From assembly GCA_963663225.1 (NCBI GenBank), contig OY760142.1, positions 948,333 to 1,012,332 on the forward strand: DNA of 64,000 nt, in the 5' to 3' direction. Source of the stretch: Nitrospirota bacterium (GTDB lineage Bacteria; Nitrospirota; UBA9217). Below the pieces are notes generated by a model. It searched no databases. It was not told the origin of the DNA and worked only from the letters and a program-made list of their open reading frames with translations. The position numbers and the translations under genes are program-made. Shown here one piece after another: positions 9,440 through 18,688 of the stretch. Positions within the stretch are counted from its first letter, which is position 1. Each line of letters opens with the position of its first letter.

Positions 9440-10945
9440 ATGCATGAAAAATCAATCCTTATCATCGGTGCCGGCATAGCCGGCCTTTCCGCCAGCTGCT
9501 ACGGACGGATGAACGGCTTTCCTGTCCATATTGTTGAGATGCACTCGCTGCCGGGCGGACTCTGCACATCCTGGAAGCGTCATGGCTTCACCATAAACGG
9601 CTGCATTCACTGGCTCGTAGGATCGAGTGCAGCTTCGAACTTTCATCAAATCTGGCAGGAACTCGGAGTCTTGCAGGACCGGGAATTTTTATACCCCGAG
9701 GAGTATGCCCGCTTTGAGGCCCCAGACGGCAGAACGTTCATCGCATACAGCAATGTGGACCGGCTCGAGCGGCATATGAAGGAAATCGCTCCTGAGGATA
9801 TGCAGGTCATTGATGAATTCATCAGGACGGTGCGCAGCTGCACACGATTTCAGCCCCCCGTAGGAAAAGCCCCGGAGTTGTTCGGGCTGTTCGATTTTTT
9901 AAAACTGATTGTTACCAAGTTCCCTTTGTTGCACATGCTCTGGAAATGGAACAAGGTATCGCTCACCCAGTACGGCAAACGCTTTAAGAACCCGCTGCTT
10001 CGCGAAGCTTTTGCGCAGATGTTCCTCCCTGAATTTCCCATGTCTTTCCTGCTTATGACATTTGCCTGGTTGCACAATAAGGCCGCCGGATATCCGGTGG
10101 GCGGCTCTCTTGCCTTCGCGCGCGCCATTGAGCAACGCTTCCTTTCCCTTGGCGGAACCCTGCAATATAAAACACGCGTAATAAAAATTTTAACGGATAA
10201 CGGCAACGCCACAGGAGCCCTTCTTGAAGACGGAACTGAACTTCGTGCGGACTATGTAATTTCCGCCGCGGACGGCCGCACCACTATTTTCGATATGCTT
10301 GAGGGGAAATATCTCGATGCTGCCATACAGCAGTATTACACTACTCTTATCCCCTTCCCGCCGCTGGTATATATCGCTCTGGGTGTGAACAGAGCGTTCA
10401 ATGAACTGCCGCATTCAGCAGGAGGCATCAGCCTTGCGCTCCAAAATCCGATCAGGCTTGGCGAGCAGGAGGTCAAGAGCCTCAGCATGAAAATCTATAA
10501 TTTCGACCCCACGCTCGCTCCGGCAGGAAAAACAGTCATAACCGTGATGTTCCACTCTGATTATCACTACTGGAAAAAACTCGCCGAAAATCATGATCAA
10601 TATCTGGTCGAAAAAACCAGAATTCTCAATAGCGTCATTGCGCTCCTCGACAGGCGCTTTCCGGGGATCGCCGCGCAGGTGGAAATGCGCGACGTGGCCA
10701 CTCCGTTGACATTCGAACGGTACACAGGCAACTGGAAGGGAAGTTTCGAGGGATGGCAGGTCACGCCGGACACCTGGAGCATCGGAAAACTCATGCCCAA
10801 AACCCTGCCGGGCCTCAAAAACTTCTATATGGCAGGCCACTGGGTGGAACCCGGCGGAGGAGTCCCTCCGGCGGCAATGAGCGGAAGAAATGTGATTCAA
10901 ATAATTTGCAGGAAGGAAAACAAACCGTTTACGACAACAACCTAG
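9440..10945 (+). CDS. NAD(P)/FAD-dependent oxidoreductase, phytoene desaturase (CrtI/CrtD-like) family
   Basis: N-terminal dinucleotide-binding motif ILIIGAGIAGLSA. The overall architecture is that of the amine oxidase/phytoene dehydrogenase superfamily. Confidence 0.75.
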   Translation: MHEKSILIIGAGIAGLSASCYGRMNGFPVHIVEMHSLPGGLCTSWKRHGFTINGCIHWLVGSSAASNFHQIWQELGVLQDREFLYPEEYARFEAPDGRTFIAYSNVDRLERHMKEIAPEDMQVIDEFIRTVRSCTRFQPPVGKAPELFGLFDFLKLIVTKFPLLHMLWKWNKVSLTQYGKRFKNPLLREAFAQMFLPEFPMSFLLMTFAWLHNKAAGYPVGGSLAFARAIEQRFLSLGGTLQYKTRVIKILTDNGNATGALLEDGTELRADYVISAADGRTTIFDMLEGKYLDAAIQQYYTTLIPFPPLVYIALGVNRAFNELPHSAGGISLALQNPIRLGEQEVKSLSMKIYNFDPTLAPAGKTVITVMFHSDYHYWKKLAENHDQYLVEKTRILNSVIALLDRRFPGIAAQVEMRDVATPLTFERYTGNWKGSFEGWQVTPDTWSIGKLMPKTLPGLKNFYMAGHWVEPGGGVPPAAMSGRNVIQIICRKENKPFTTTT

Positions 10946-11123
10946 CTGTCCAGACAAATCACCATGCAGCTGTTCCGAACAGATCCTTTTACCGGCGGCC
11001 CTCCACCTGTATACGGATTTTCGGAAGACTTTTTTCTCCGCTCCAGTCTTGAATAAAAACCCCTTTCCTGCTTGACACCTGTACCCAACAATGATACCTT
11101 CCTGTACGAAAAGAGGTGCCCTG

Positions 11124-11795
11124 GTGTTAAGCACTGCTACCCAACTTGCACAATGTATCGACTACACCCTTGTCAGGCCGGATGCAAGTCTTGATGACCT
11201 TGCCGCAGCCTGTACGGCGGCGAAAAAATATGGATTTGCGTGCGTCGTGGTGAACAGCGGCAATGTTGCACAGGCACGCAGCCTTCTATCCGGCACCCTG
11301 ATAAAAGTCTGCGCTGTTGTAGGGTTTCCTCACGGTGCGAACACAACGGCTGTCAAGATATTCGAAGCAATGGAATCGGTGAAGAATGGCGCGTCGGAGC
11401 TGGATATCGTTGCGAACATCGGCATGATACAATCAGGCCGTTTCGATTTTGTGGAAATCGACATAAAGAATATTATTGCCATGACGCCTCAAAAAGTCCA
11501 CAAGATCATTATCGAAACGGGGATGCTTACCGCGGAACAAATTACCCGGGTCAGCCAGGTTGTTGCACGGAGCGGGGCGGAATTCGTCAAAACATCTACC
11601 GGGTACGGCTCCCGCGGCGCAACAACGGAAGATATAAAACTGATCAAGCAAGCCGTCGGCTCCGTGTGCCGCGTCAAAGCATCGGGCGGAATCAGAAACC
11701 TTGCAACACTCACCGCCATGGTGGAGGCAGGTGCAGAACGGATCGGAACCAGTGCGGGTCCAGCAATCATGGAAGAATACATCGCGGCAAGCTGA
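11124..11795 (+). CDS. deoC: deoxyribose-phosphate aldolase (class I)
   Basis: DeoC family with the catalytic Lys context FVKTSTG and VKASGGIR. The chosen start is the GTG at 11124, preceded by an AAGAGGTG RBS. The upstream ATG at 11091 lacks an RBS. Confidence 0.85.
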   Translation: MLSTATQLAQCIDYTLVRPDASLDDLAAACTAAKKYGFACVVVNSGNVAQARSLLSGTLIKVCAVVGFPHGANTTAVKIFEAMESVKNGASELDIVANIGMIQSGRFDFVEIDIKNIIAMTPQKVHKIIIETGMLTAEQITRVSQVVARSGAEFVKTSTGYGSRGATTEDIKLIKQAVGSVCRVKASGGIRNLATLTAMVEAGAERIGTSAGPAIMEEYIAAS

Positions 11796-11846
11796 TTTTA
11801 TACCGCATTTTTTTCTGCACCATACACAGTACCAGAAGGATGGAGC

Positions 11847-12755
11847 ATGAAGGATTTTATTCTCAGGTTTTTTTCTCCGGAACAGCGTTTAAAGACTCTA
11901 GCCGGATTGGGCATCGTAGTCATCGGAGCCGCCTTGATCGGTCTGCTGGGCTACAGCCTGATTACGCGCTCATCCGTCGTAACGCAGATGCAGATCGCTG
12001 AAGGCTGGAAAACCGCCAATCTGACAATTGCTGACCATATGATCCAGCAAAAAGAGAACTTCTGGAAAGTGGCAAGAAAATACGGGGTGGACATAGATAC
12101 AATCGTAGCCGCGAACCCGGAGCTTGAAAAATTGAACGCCGCACGAGGCCAGACAATCCGCGTGCCGAATCAAAAAGGCGTGCTTCACAAGACCACAGAG
12201 CAGGAAACGCTGCCAATGCTGATGGCATTATATAATGTTCCTGCTGACAGAATTTCCTCCCTGAACAACATCGGGCCTGACTGCACTCTGGCTCCGGGTC
12301 TTGAAGTATTCATCCCCGGAGCAAAGCCGAAAAAAATATCCAATCAAATGGCTTCACAATTCAGCCTGCGCGGTATTTTTGCATCGCCGCTGCCGGGCAG
12401 AATTACTTCCGGCATGGGGATGAGAAAGCATCCGGTCGGCGGTTTCCGCGGCAGGCACACCGGCATTGATTTATCGGCGCGGGTAGGCACAAGCATTGCC
12501 GCTGCAGCGGCGGGCACGGTCAGCCAGACAGGTGAAGGAGAATACATCGGAAAATTTGTCATGATTTCCCACAGCGACTCCTACACGACAATCTATGGCC
12601 ATTGTTCCCAGATACTGGTGACGCCCGGGAAACCGGTAAAAAAAGGGCAGATTATTGCGAAATCCGGCCAGACCGGACGGGTGACGGGCCCGCACCTTCA
12701 TTTTGAAATACGGAAAAACGGCATTCCCCAGAATCCGCTGAAATATCTCTGGTAG
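11847..12755 (+). CDS. LysM-domain M23 family metallopeptidase (murein DD-endopeptidase-like)
   Basis: N-terminal TM helix and two LysM-like segments. M23 catalytic motifs HTGIDLSA and GPHLHFEIR. Confidence 0.85.
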   Translation: MKDFILRFFSPEQRLKTLAGLGIVVIGAALIGLLGYSLITRSSVVTQMQIAEGWKTANLTIADHMIQQKENFWKVARKYGVDIDTIVAANPELEKLNAARGQTIRVPNQKGVLHKTTEQETLPMLMALYNVPADRISSLNNIGPDCTLAPGLEVFIPGAKPKKISNQMASQFSLRGIFASPLPGRITSGMGMRKHPVGGFRGRHTGIDLSARVGTSIAAAAAGTVSQTGEGEYIGKFVMISHSDSYTTIYGHCSQILVTPGKPVKKGQIIAKSGQTGRVTGPHLHFEIRKNGIPQNPLKYLW

Positions 12756-12797
12756 GCTGCCCTGAAAGCCAGTTGTTGATCTTTCTGCCTGAATTGA

Positions 12798-12834
12798 AAA
12801 GCCGGCGTCTGTAAAAACGCCGGCTTTATTTTTT
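12798..12834. terminator. rho-independent terminator (AAAGCCGGCG ... CGCCGGCTTT followed by ATTTTTT)
   Basis: 10-bp GC-rich stem and T-run immediately downstream of the M23 peptidase gene. It lies between the convergent M23 and lpxC genes. Confidence 0.6.
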
Positions 12835-12863
12835 ACCACGGGATGTCAAGACAGCATGCAATC

Positions 12864-13781
12864 CTAGACGGTTGCGTGCTGAAGAAGGTGAAGGGACATC
12901 TCTGCCTGCCGTTTTTCTTCGACCGCCGACGCTCCCAGTACTATCCAGCTCTGCGGGCTGTTTAAAAGCTTGCCGACCATCTGAGAGTTCAGTCCATGTC
13001 CGGATTTATGGGCGACAATATGTCCGATGATCGGCATTCCCACAAGCGCCAGGTCGCCGATCAGATCGAGAATCTTGTGCCGCACGAATTCGTTTTTATA
13101 GCGCAGACCCTCTTTATTTACCACGGAGTCTTCGGTAAGCGCCACCGCATTGTCCAGGGACGCACCCTTGGCCAGACCGTTGGCCTGAAGGGTCTTTACA
13201 TCGCTCAGGAACCCGAAGGTCCGGGCATCTGAGATCTCCCGCAGAAAAGCGTTTTCAGACAGCGCATACTGCATGCTCTGCTCTTTGAGCATGGGATGGT
13301 TGAAGTCGATGAAGTACGAGATGCTTGTTTCATCGGTCGGCCAGATGGCAATCTGTTTGTTGCCGTCACGCACGTAAAGCGGCTTGATGACCTTGAGCAC
13401 CTGCTGGACCGCTTCCTGCGTCTGGATGCCGGCGTCGGCAATGAGGCGAATAAACGGTCTGGCGCTGCCGTCCATGATCGGGACTTCATCAGCATTGATC
13501 TCGACGGAGACGTTGTCGATGTTCAGTCCGGCAAAAGCCGCGAGCAGATGCTCGACCGTTTTTACAGACACGCCGTTGCTGCTGAGCGTTGTGGCGTAGC
13601 TTGTCGTTCCGATGTTCGCCGCAACAGCTCTTACCGCCGCATTGCCGATGTCGGTGCGGATGAACACCACGCCGGAGTCAATCGGAGCGGGCTTTATGAT
13701 CATTTTTACCGGCTTGCCGGTATGAAGGCCGATGCCTTCGCATGAGATACTGTTCCGCAGGGTCCGTTGAAATCTTATCAT
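12864..13781 (-). CDS. lpxC: UDP-3-O-acyl-N-acetylglucosamine deacetylase
   Basis: LpxC N-terminus MIRFQRTLRNSISCEGIGLHTGKPV. RBS AGAGAGGAAG. Confidence 0.9.
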   Translation of the reverse strand: MIRFQRTLRNSISCEGIGLHTGKPVKMIIKPAPIDSGVVFIRTDIGNAAVRAVAANIGTTSYATTLSSNGVSVKTVEHLLAAFAGLNIDNVSVEINADEVPIMDGSARPFIRLIADAGIQTQEAVQQVLKVIKPLYVRDGNKQIAIWPTDETSISYFIDFNHPMLKEQSMQYALSENAFLREISDARTFGFLSDVKTLQANGLAKGASLDNAVALTEDSVVNKEGLRYKNEFVRHKILDLIGDLALVGMPIIGHIVAHKSGHGLNSQMVGKLLNSPQSWIVLGASAVEEKRQAEMSLHLLQHATV

Positions 13782-14130
13782 AATGTCTTCCTCTCTTGAT
13801 TTTGATCATAGCAATTGAAATGCCAATTTTTTATGTAAAAAATATGTTTATAATCAATATATTATTATTTCAGAACGTCTAATTACTGTGGTAAAAAAAC
13901 AACTTATCATGATGCTGTGTAGTTAAAATGCAACAATGATCTTTATGAGAAGAATGAAGATGCTTTTCAGGGGAACGTGAAAACAGTGTTGCGGTTTAAT
14001 ATTTTCACGCGGCAATACGCAGCAGCAATGAGGATTTGCTGATATTTTCAGGTACCGTGTGCAATCCATCTCACAAGCGGATTTGTATGATTTTTGCTTT
14101 CCGAGCGCAAATGCTTTTCTTTGTTTTTCA

Positions 14131-14159
14131 TTGACATATCAAGTCCAGGTGTGCTAAAT
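14131..14159 (+). promoter_or_regulatory. candidate sigma70 promoter (TTGACA, 17-nt spacer, CTAAAT with upstream TG) for the TPR gene
   Basis: It sits in an AT-rich 425-bp divergent region between lpxC and the TPR gene. Confidence 0.3.
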
Positions 14160-14207
14160 TTTTTTAACAGAGCACGGTATAGAGAATCTCAGTATGATGG
14201 AGTGAAC

Positions 14208-14936
14208 ATGGAACCGAAGCTCGATGAGTTGTACAAGCAGGGAATTGAAGCGTTTGAAAAAAATGAGTATAAGGCTGCAGAGGACTTATTTAAGGAGCTC
14301 CTGAATATCAACCCGAATTTTGCCGACATTCAGAATAAACTGGGAATCATCTACAATCAGACGAACCGGCTTGCGCTCGCTGCCCGCACTTTTGAGAAAG
14401 CCCTGGAATTGAACCCGGAATACACTGAAGCGTCTCTCAACCTCGCCATTACCTACGGTGATTTGGGCAAATACGAAAAATCCCGCGAAGTCTTTGAGCG
14501 GGCGGCCCGCTTCGCCAAATCCGCCGGAAAAAATACCGAAGCACCCAGCCCCACCATTGATCCGTTCATCAAAGGAAAACTGTCTGCAGAACACCTGCGG
14601 GTCGGAAACATGTATTATCAACTCGGCCTTCTCGATGAAGCAATTGAGGAATACCAGAAAGCCCTGCGTCTCTCGCCCGGCTTCGTCGATATCATCACGC
14701 AAATGGGCATCGCGCTCAGAGACAAGGGCAGATACGATGAAGCCGTTTGGCAGTTCAACAAAGCCAAAGAGTACAACCCTCGTTATATTCCGGCTCGTTT
14801 GCATCTCGGCATTACATATTACTCTCAAGGTTTTCTTGGACTGGCCGAGGAAGAATGGAGAGAGGCGCTCGTATTTGACCCCGATAATTCCGCGGTAAGA
14901 ACCTACTTGCATTTTGTAAAACCTGAAGAATCCTGA
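14208..14936 (+). CDS. tetratricopeptide (TPR) repeat protein
   Basis: Several 34-aa TPR units. The start ATG at 14208 is preceded by GGAG. The longer ORF from 14094 lacks an RBS. Confidence 0.75.
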   Translation: MEPKLDELYKQGIEAFEKNEYKAAEDLFKELLNINPNFADIQNKLGIIYNQTNRLALAARTFEKALELNPEYTEASLNLAITYGDLGKYEKSREVFERAARFAKSAGKNTEAPSPTIDPFIKGKLSAEHLRVGNMYYQLGLLDEAIEEYQKALRLSPGFVDIITQMGIALRDKGRYDEAVWQFNKAKEYNPRYIPARLHLGITYYSQGFLGLAEEEWREALVFDPDNSAVRTYLHFVKPEES

Positions 14937-14950
14937 CCGGAGTCTCGCCG

Positions 14951-15910
14951 TTGGACCTACTCAGCATACAAGGCCTTACCACGCTCTTTCATACCAGAGC
15001 AGGCAATCTTAAAGCGGTCGACAATCTCAGCCTCGCGCTGCAAAAGGGGCGCATCCTCGGACTGGTGGGTGAATCCGGATGCGGGAAAACAGTGACCGCG
15101 CTTTCCATTTTGAACCTCGTTCCTCCTCCCGGCAGGATTGTCGCCGGTAAAATTTTTTTTGAAGGCCGGGATCTTCTTCAACTCCCCCCAGAAGAAATGA
15201 GATCGATTCGCGGCGCGCGAATTTCGATGATTTTTCAGGAGCCGATGACGGCGCTCAATCCCGTTTTCACGGTGGGAAACCAGATCATCGAAGTAATAAC
15301 CACACACTCAACCGTCCCGAAGAAGGAAGCAATGGCCTCGGCCATTGATCTTTTGCAGTCCGTCGGCATCCCCTCACCGGAAAAGCGGGTGCATGAGTAT
15401 CCGCACCAGCTTTCCGGCGGCATGCGCCAACGCGTGATGATCGCCATGGCCATCGCGTGCAAGCCGTCTCTCATCCTTGCGGACGAGCCCACAACCGCGC
15501 TTGACGTCACGATCCAGGCGCACATTCTGGCCCTGCTGTGCAGGCTTCAGGCGGAAATGGACATGGCGATGGTTCTGGTCACGCATGATCTCGGCCTGAT
15601 TGCCGAGCGCGCCCACGAAGTGGCGGTTATGTATGCAGGCAGAATAGTCGAGCAGGCGGAAACCCGGGAGCTTTTTGAGAACCCATTGCATCCCTATACG
15701 AAAGGTCTGCTGGCTTCTGTCCCCAAACCGGGCCGGAACGGCAAAAAGCGTCTGAGCACGATTGCCGGATCCGTGCCGCAGCTTTCCGACCTGCCCGCAG
15801 GGTGCAAATTTATCACCCGGTGCGATATCAAGACAGCCCAATGCGTAACGGAACCGGAACTCATCGAGATAACACCCGGGCACTTGATACGATGCTGGGA
15901 AGCTCCATAA
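14951..15910 (+). CDS. peptide/nickel ABC transporter ATP-binding protein (DppD/OppD type)
   Basis: Walker A GESGCGKT, signature LSGGMRQR, Walker B ILADEPTTALD, and the C-terminal oligopeptide ABC extension. The start is probably TTG. Confidence 0.8.
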   Translation: MDLLSIQGLTTLFHTRAGNLKAVDNLSLALQKGRILGLVGESGCGKTVTALSILNLVPPPGRIVAGKIFFEGRDLLQLPPEEMRSIRGARISMIFQEPMTALNPVFTVGNQIIEVITTHSTVPKKEAMASAIDLLQSVGIPSPEKRVHEYPHQLSGGMRQRVMIAMAIACKPSLILADEPTTALDVTIQAHILALLCRLQAEMDMAMVLVTHDLGLIAERAHEVAVMYAGRIVEQAETRELFENPLHPYTKGLLASVPKPGRNGKKRLSTIAGSVPQLSDLPAGCKFITRCDIKTAQCVTEPELIEITPGHLIRCWEAP

Positions 15911-15926
15911 AAAGAAGGACGCCCGG

Positions 15927-16940
15927 ATGCAGCTTCACGCAGCAGCATTGCATTCCGCGCTTCTCAATGAAATCGACATGCCGAATGAACTTGTTGTCAT
16001 AAACAATATATACAAATCATTCCCCGTAAAGGCTGGGCTGGGAAAAACGCTTGAAGCGAAGGCCGTGGACGGCGTAAGCCTGTCCGTGGGCCGGGGAGAG
16101 GCCGTCGGCCTGGTCGGTGAAAGCGGTTGCGGCAAATCAACACTCGGCAGACTTGCGCTCAGGCTGCTGGAGCCTTCAGCGGGGGAGGTTTTTTTTGAAA
16201 ACCAGAATCTGGGGTTGCTCGGCAAAAAGGACCTCAGAGCACTGCGCAGGAAGATGCAGATCATTTTCCAGGACCCTTTTGCGTCCCTGAACCCCCGCAT
16301 GAGCGTTCAGGAAATCATCACCGAGCCGCTGGTAATTCACGGGCTGGCACAAAAAAATGAACTGCCGGGGCGCGGCGCCGAGCTTCTTGAAAAAGTCGGG
16401 CTCGCTCCTGAAGCGCTCAACCGCTATCCGCACGAATTTTCAGGAGGCCAGCGCCAGCGGATCGGCATTGCACGGGCATTGGCAAGCGGCCCCTCTTTCA
16501 TCGTCGCCGACGAGCCGGTCTCCGCGCTCGATGTTTCGGTCCAGGCGCAGATCATCAACCTGCTCGACGATTTGCGGGAGGCTCTGAAGCTGTCCTTCCT
16601 GTTCATCGCCCATGACCTGAACATCGTGCGGCATTTTTCGGACCGCGTGGCAGTGATGTATCTTGGAAAAATTATGGAGAGTGCCCCGGCCGAGGAAATA
16701 TACCGGAACCCGTCGCATCCTTACACCGAGGCATTGCTTGCCGACATCCCGGTGGCGGACCCGACCGTGCGAAAAAAGCACATCCTCCTGCGCGGAGACA
16801 TCCCGAGCCCTACCCAGGTCCCTGCCGGATGCCGTTTCCACACACGCTGTATTCACCGTTTTGAACCCTGCGATAAGATTGTACCCCGCACAACCGACCT
16901 CGGGAATGGCCACTTCGTTGACTGTCACCTGAGGGGATAA
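15927..16940 (+). CDS. peptide/nickel ABC transporter ATP-binding protein (DppF/OppF type)
   Basis: GESGCGKST, FSGGQRQR, IVADEPVSALD, and a C-terminal Cys-containing extension. A GAAGGA RBS precedes the ATG at 15927. Confidence 0.8.
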   Translation: MQLHAAALHSALLNEIDMPNELVVINNIYKSFPVKAGLGKTLEAKAVDGVSLSVGRGEAVGLVGESGCGKSTLGRLALRLLEPSAGEVFFENQNLGLLGKKDLRALRRKMQIIFQDPFASLNPRMSVQEIITEPLVIHGLAQKNELPGRGAELLEKVGLAPEALNRYPHEFSGGQRQRIGIARALASGPSFIVADEPVSALDVSVQAQIINLLDDLREALKLSFLFIAHDLNIVRHFSDRVAVMYLGKIMESAPAEEIYRNPSHPYTEALLADIPVADPTVRKKHILLRGDIPSPTQVPAGCRFHTRCIHRFEPCDKIVPRTTDLGNGHFVDCHLRG

Positions 16941-17056
16941 GACCGGAAGGAAATACCGCGAAGAACACAAGAACCGATTGCCCGCGGGAGAAAAGCCCGG
17001 CGCGCGCCATCTCCTTGCACAATTGTCAACAACGAACAACCGGACAGCACAGCCGG

Positions 17057-18331
17057 CTATGACGCGAGAACATACTCACCATTGCCGGGGATGCGTTTCT
17101 CCGCCGCCTCTTTGCTCACCGTCGCAGGATCAAGGGGGGCAAACCCCGTCACGTCGACGTTCCGGAGATGGGGAAGGATCTGCTGTTCCTTGTATTCACC
17201 GTTCAGTTCCTTGCGCAGGATGTTGAAAAATGTAGTGGTAATCCTTGAGTCAAACTGCGTGCCGTTGCATCTCATTACTTCGCGGAAGGCATCGCTGAGC
17301 GCCATCTTTCCCCGATATGGCCGGTCCGTGGTCATTGCGTCGAAAGCGTCTGCAAGAGTAAGAATTTTCACTCCATCACTCAATTCGGAGGACATCAGTG
17401 CGTCAGGATATCCCTTGCCATCGACCCGTTCATGATGATGACGGACAAAATACTCGACATTTTTCCACGGGAATTTGACTTTGGAAAGAATATTGTAGGA
17501 TATCTGGGGGTGCCTTTTTATTTCATGTATTTCCGGCGTCGTCAGCTTTTCACCCTTGTTGATGATGTCATGGTCTATAATTATTTTTCCGATGTCATGC
17601 AGCAGGCCCGCCACGTAAAGCCCTTCTACTTCGTTTTTCTTCCATCCCAGTTCCCGGGCAATGGCCACCGCGTAGCATGCCACCCGGAAGGAATGGTCCT
17701 TCGTATAATCGTCCTTTGCGTCGATGGCGGCGGCAAACGCCTGGATGGTATCGTGATAGATCCGCTGCATGCTGGTATAGAGCCTTCTGTTTTCAGAGGC
17801 TTTCTTGGCGAGTTCGAGGAACAGCCGTGCGTTGTGCAGGGTAATGGCCATTTGATGCGCGATGACCCTGAGAACGTCCTTGTCTCCCGCATGGAAGGGC
17901 GATCCGCCGAGTTTCCTGCCGAGTGCTATGGCACCGACGAACTCCCCCTTGGCAAAGAGCGGAATGAACATCCTGGTTTGCAGTTTGGTGAATATCTCGC
18001 TGTTCTTCCGGAAAAAAGCCGTCTTGCTCATATCGCGAACGGCCTGCGGTTCGTTCATGCGAAACCGGTTGATATATTCGCGCAAAACGGACAGCTTCAT
18101 CTCCTTTTTGACCTTGTCCCGGTAGCCCTTCTCTACAATGGGGTCGAGGCTTTTTCGCTGCGGATGATAAATAAACAATGCGGCGGTGGGTACGGAGAAT
18201 ATCCCGGTCATGACGTAGAGCGCAGCTTTCATTTTTTCCGCCAGTTCTTTTGCAGAACTGACCTCCTGGCCCAGATCAACCAGCGACTCTATGCAGAACA
18301 TCAACCGTTTGAGCTGCACTTTCTTGTTCAT
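17057..18331 (-). CDS. GAF domain-containing HD-GYP phosphodiesterase (c-di-GMP hydrolase)
   Basis: HD-GYP signature LLHDIGK ... HHERVDGKGYPD. There is an N-terminal GAF-like region. RBS AAGGAAGAGG. Confidence 0.85.
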   Translation of the reverse strand: MNKKVQLKRLMFCIESLVDLGQEVSSAKELAEKMKAALYVMTGIFSVPTAALFIYHPQRKSLDPIVEKGYRDKVKKEMKLSVLREYINRFRMNEPQAVRDMSKTAFFRKNSEIFTKLQTRMFIPLFAKGEFVGAIALGRKLGGSPFHAGDKDVLRVIAHQMAITLHNARLFLELAKKASENRRLYTSMQRIYHDTIQAFAAAIDAKDDYTKDHSFRVACYAVAIARELGWKKNEVEGLYVAGLLHDIGKIIIDHDIINKGEKLTTPEIHEIKRHPQISYNILSKVKFPWKNVEYFVRHHHERVDGKGYPDALMSSELSDGVKILTLADAFDAMTTDRPYRGKMALSDAFREVMRCNGTQFDSRITTTFFNILRKELNGEYKEQQILPHLRNVDVTGFAPLDPATVSKEAAEKRIPGNGEYVLAS

Positions 18332-18334
18332 GTG

Positions 18335-18688
18335 TTAACCTCTTCCTTTTAAAAAAATAAGAGCTTCTTCTTCGTCCTTAAAAACCCTGACGTGCTTCGT
18401 CAAGCCCACCATTTCGAAAACATCAAGGTGGATTTTTTTCATATTCGTAAAGCACAGCAGGCTTTCGTGCTCCTGGGTCCTGTGCACGATGCCCGTGAAA
18501 ATGGACAATCCGATCGTGTTGATGAACTGCACATCGGAAAAATTTACGACGAACTTTCTCACACCTTTTCCGAGAAACTGTTCGCTGGTCTGTTCAAGGC
18601 GGATCGCTCCCAGATCGTTGATATACCCTTTGGGTGTCATGACGGCGACATCCTGCGCCGATTTTGAGGTTAAAGTAAAGTTATTCAT
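18335..18688 (-). CDS. STAS domain protein (anti-sigma factor antagonist, SpoIIAA/RsbV-like)
   Basis: 117 aa. STAS fold with NFSDVQFINTIGLS, equivalent to the phosphorylatable DS(S/T)GL loop. Its start overlaps the upstream kinase gene by 8 nt. Confidence 0.8.
   Translation of the reverse strand: MNNFTLTSKSAQDVAVMTPKGYINDLGAIRLEQTSEQFLGKGVRKFVVNFSDVQFINTIGLSIFTGIVHRTQEHESLLCFTNMKKIHLDVFEMVGLTKHVRVFKDEEEALIFLKGRG

Noticed and set aside
10415-11134. 239-aa minus-strand ORF
   Set aside because: It is antisense to the 3' end of the CrtI-like oxidoreductase and runs through the deoC promoter region. Its composition is Arg/Cys-rich and protein-unlike.
11240-12001. 253-aa plus-strand ORF overlapping deoC in another frame
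   Set aside because: The deoC frame carries clear class I aldolase motifs. This alternative frame is Arg/His-rich noise.
13782-14207. The 425-bp AT-rich lpxC / TPR intergenic region as a possible ncRNA or small-protein locus
   Set aside because: It has no conserved structure or credible small ORF with an RBS. It is most simply a divergent promoter region.
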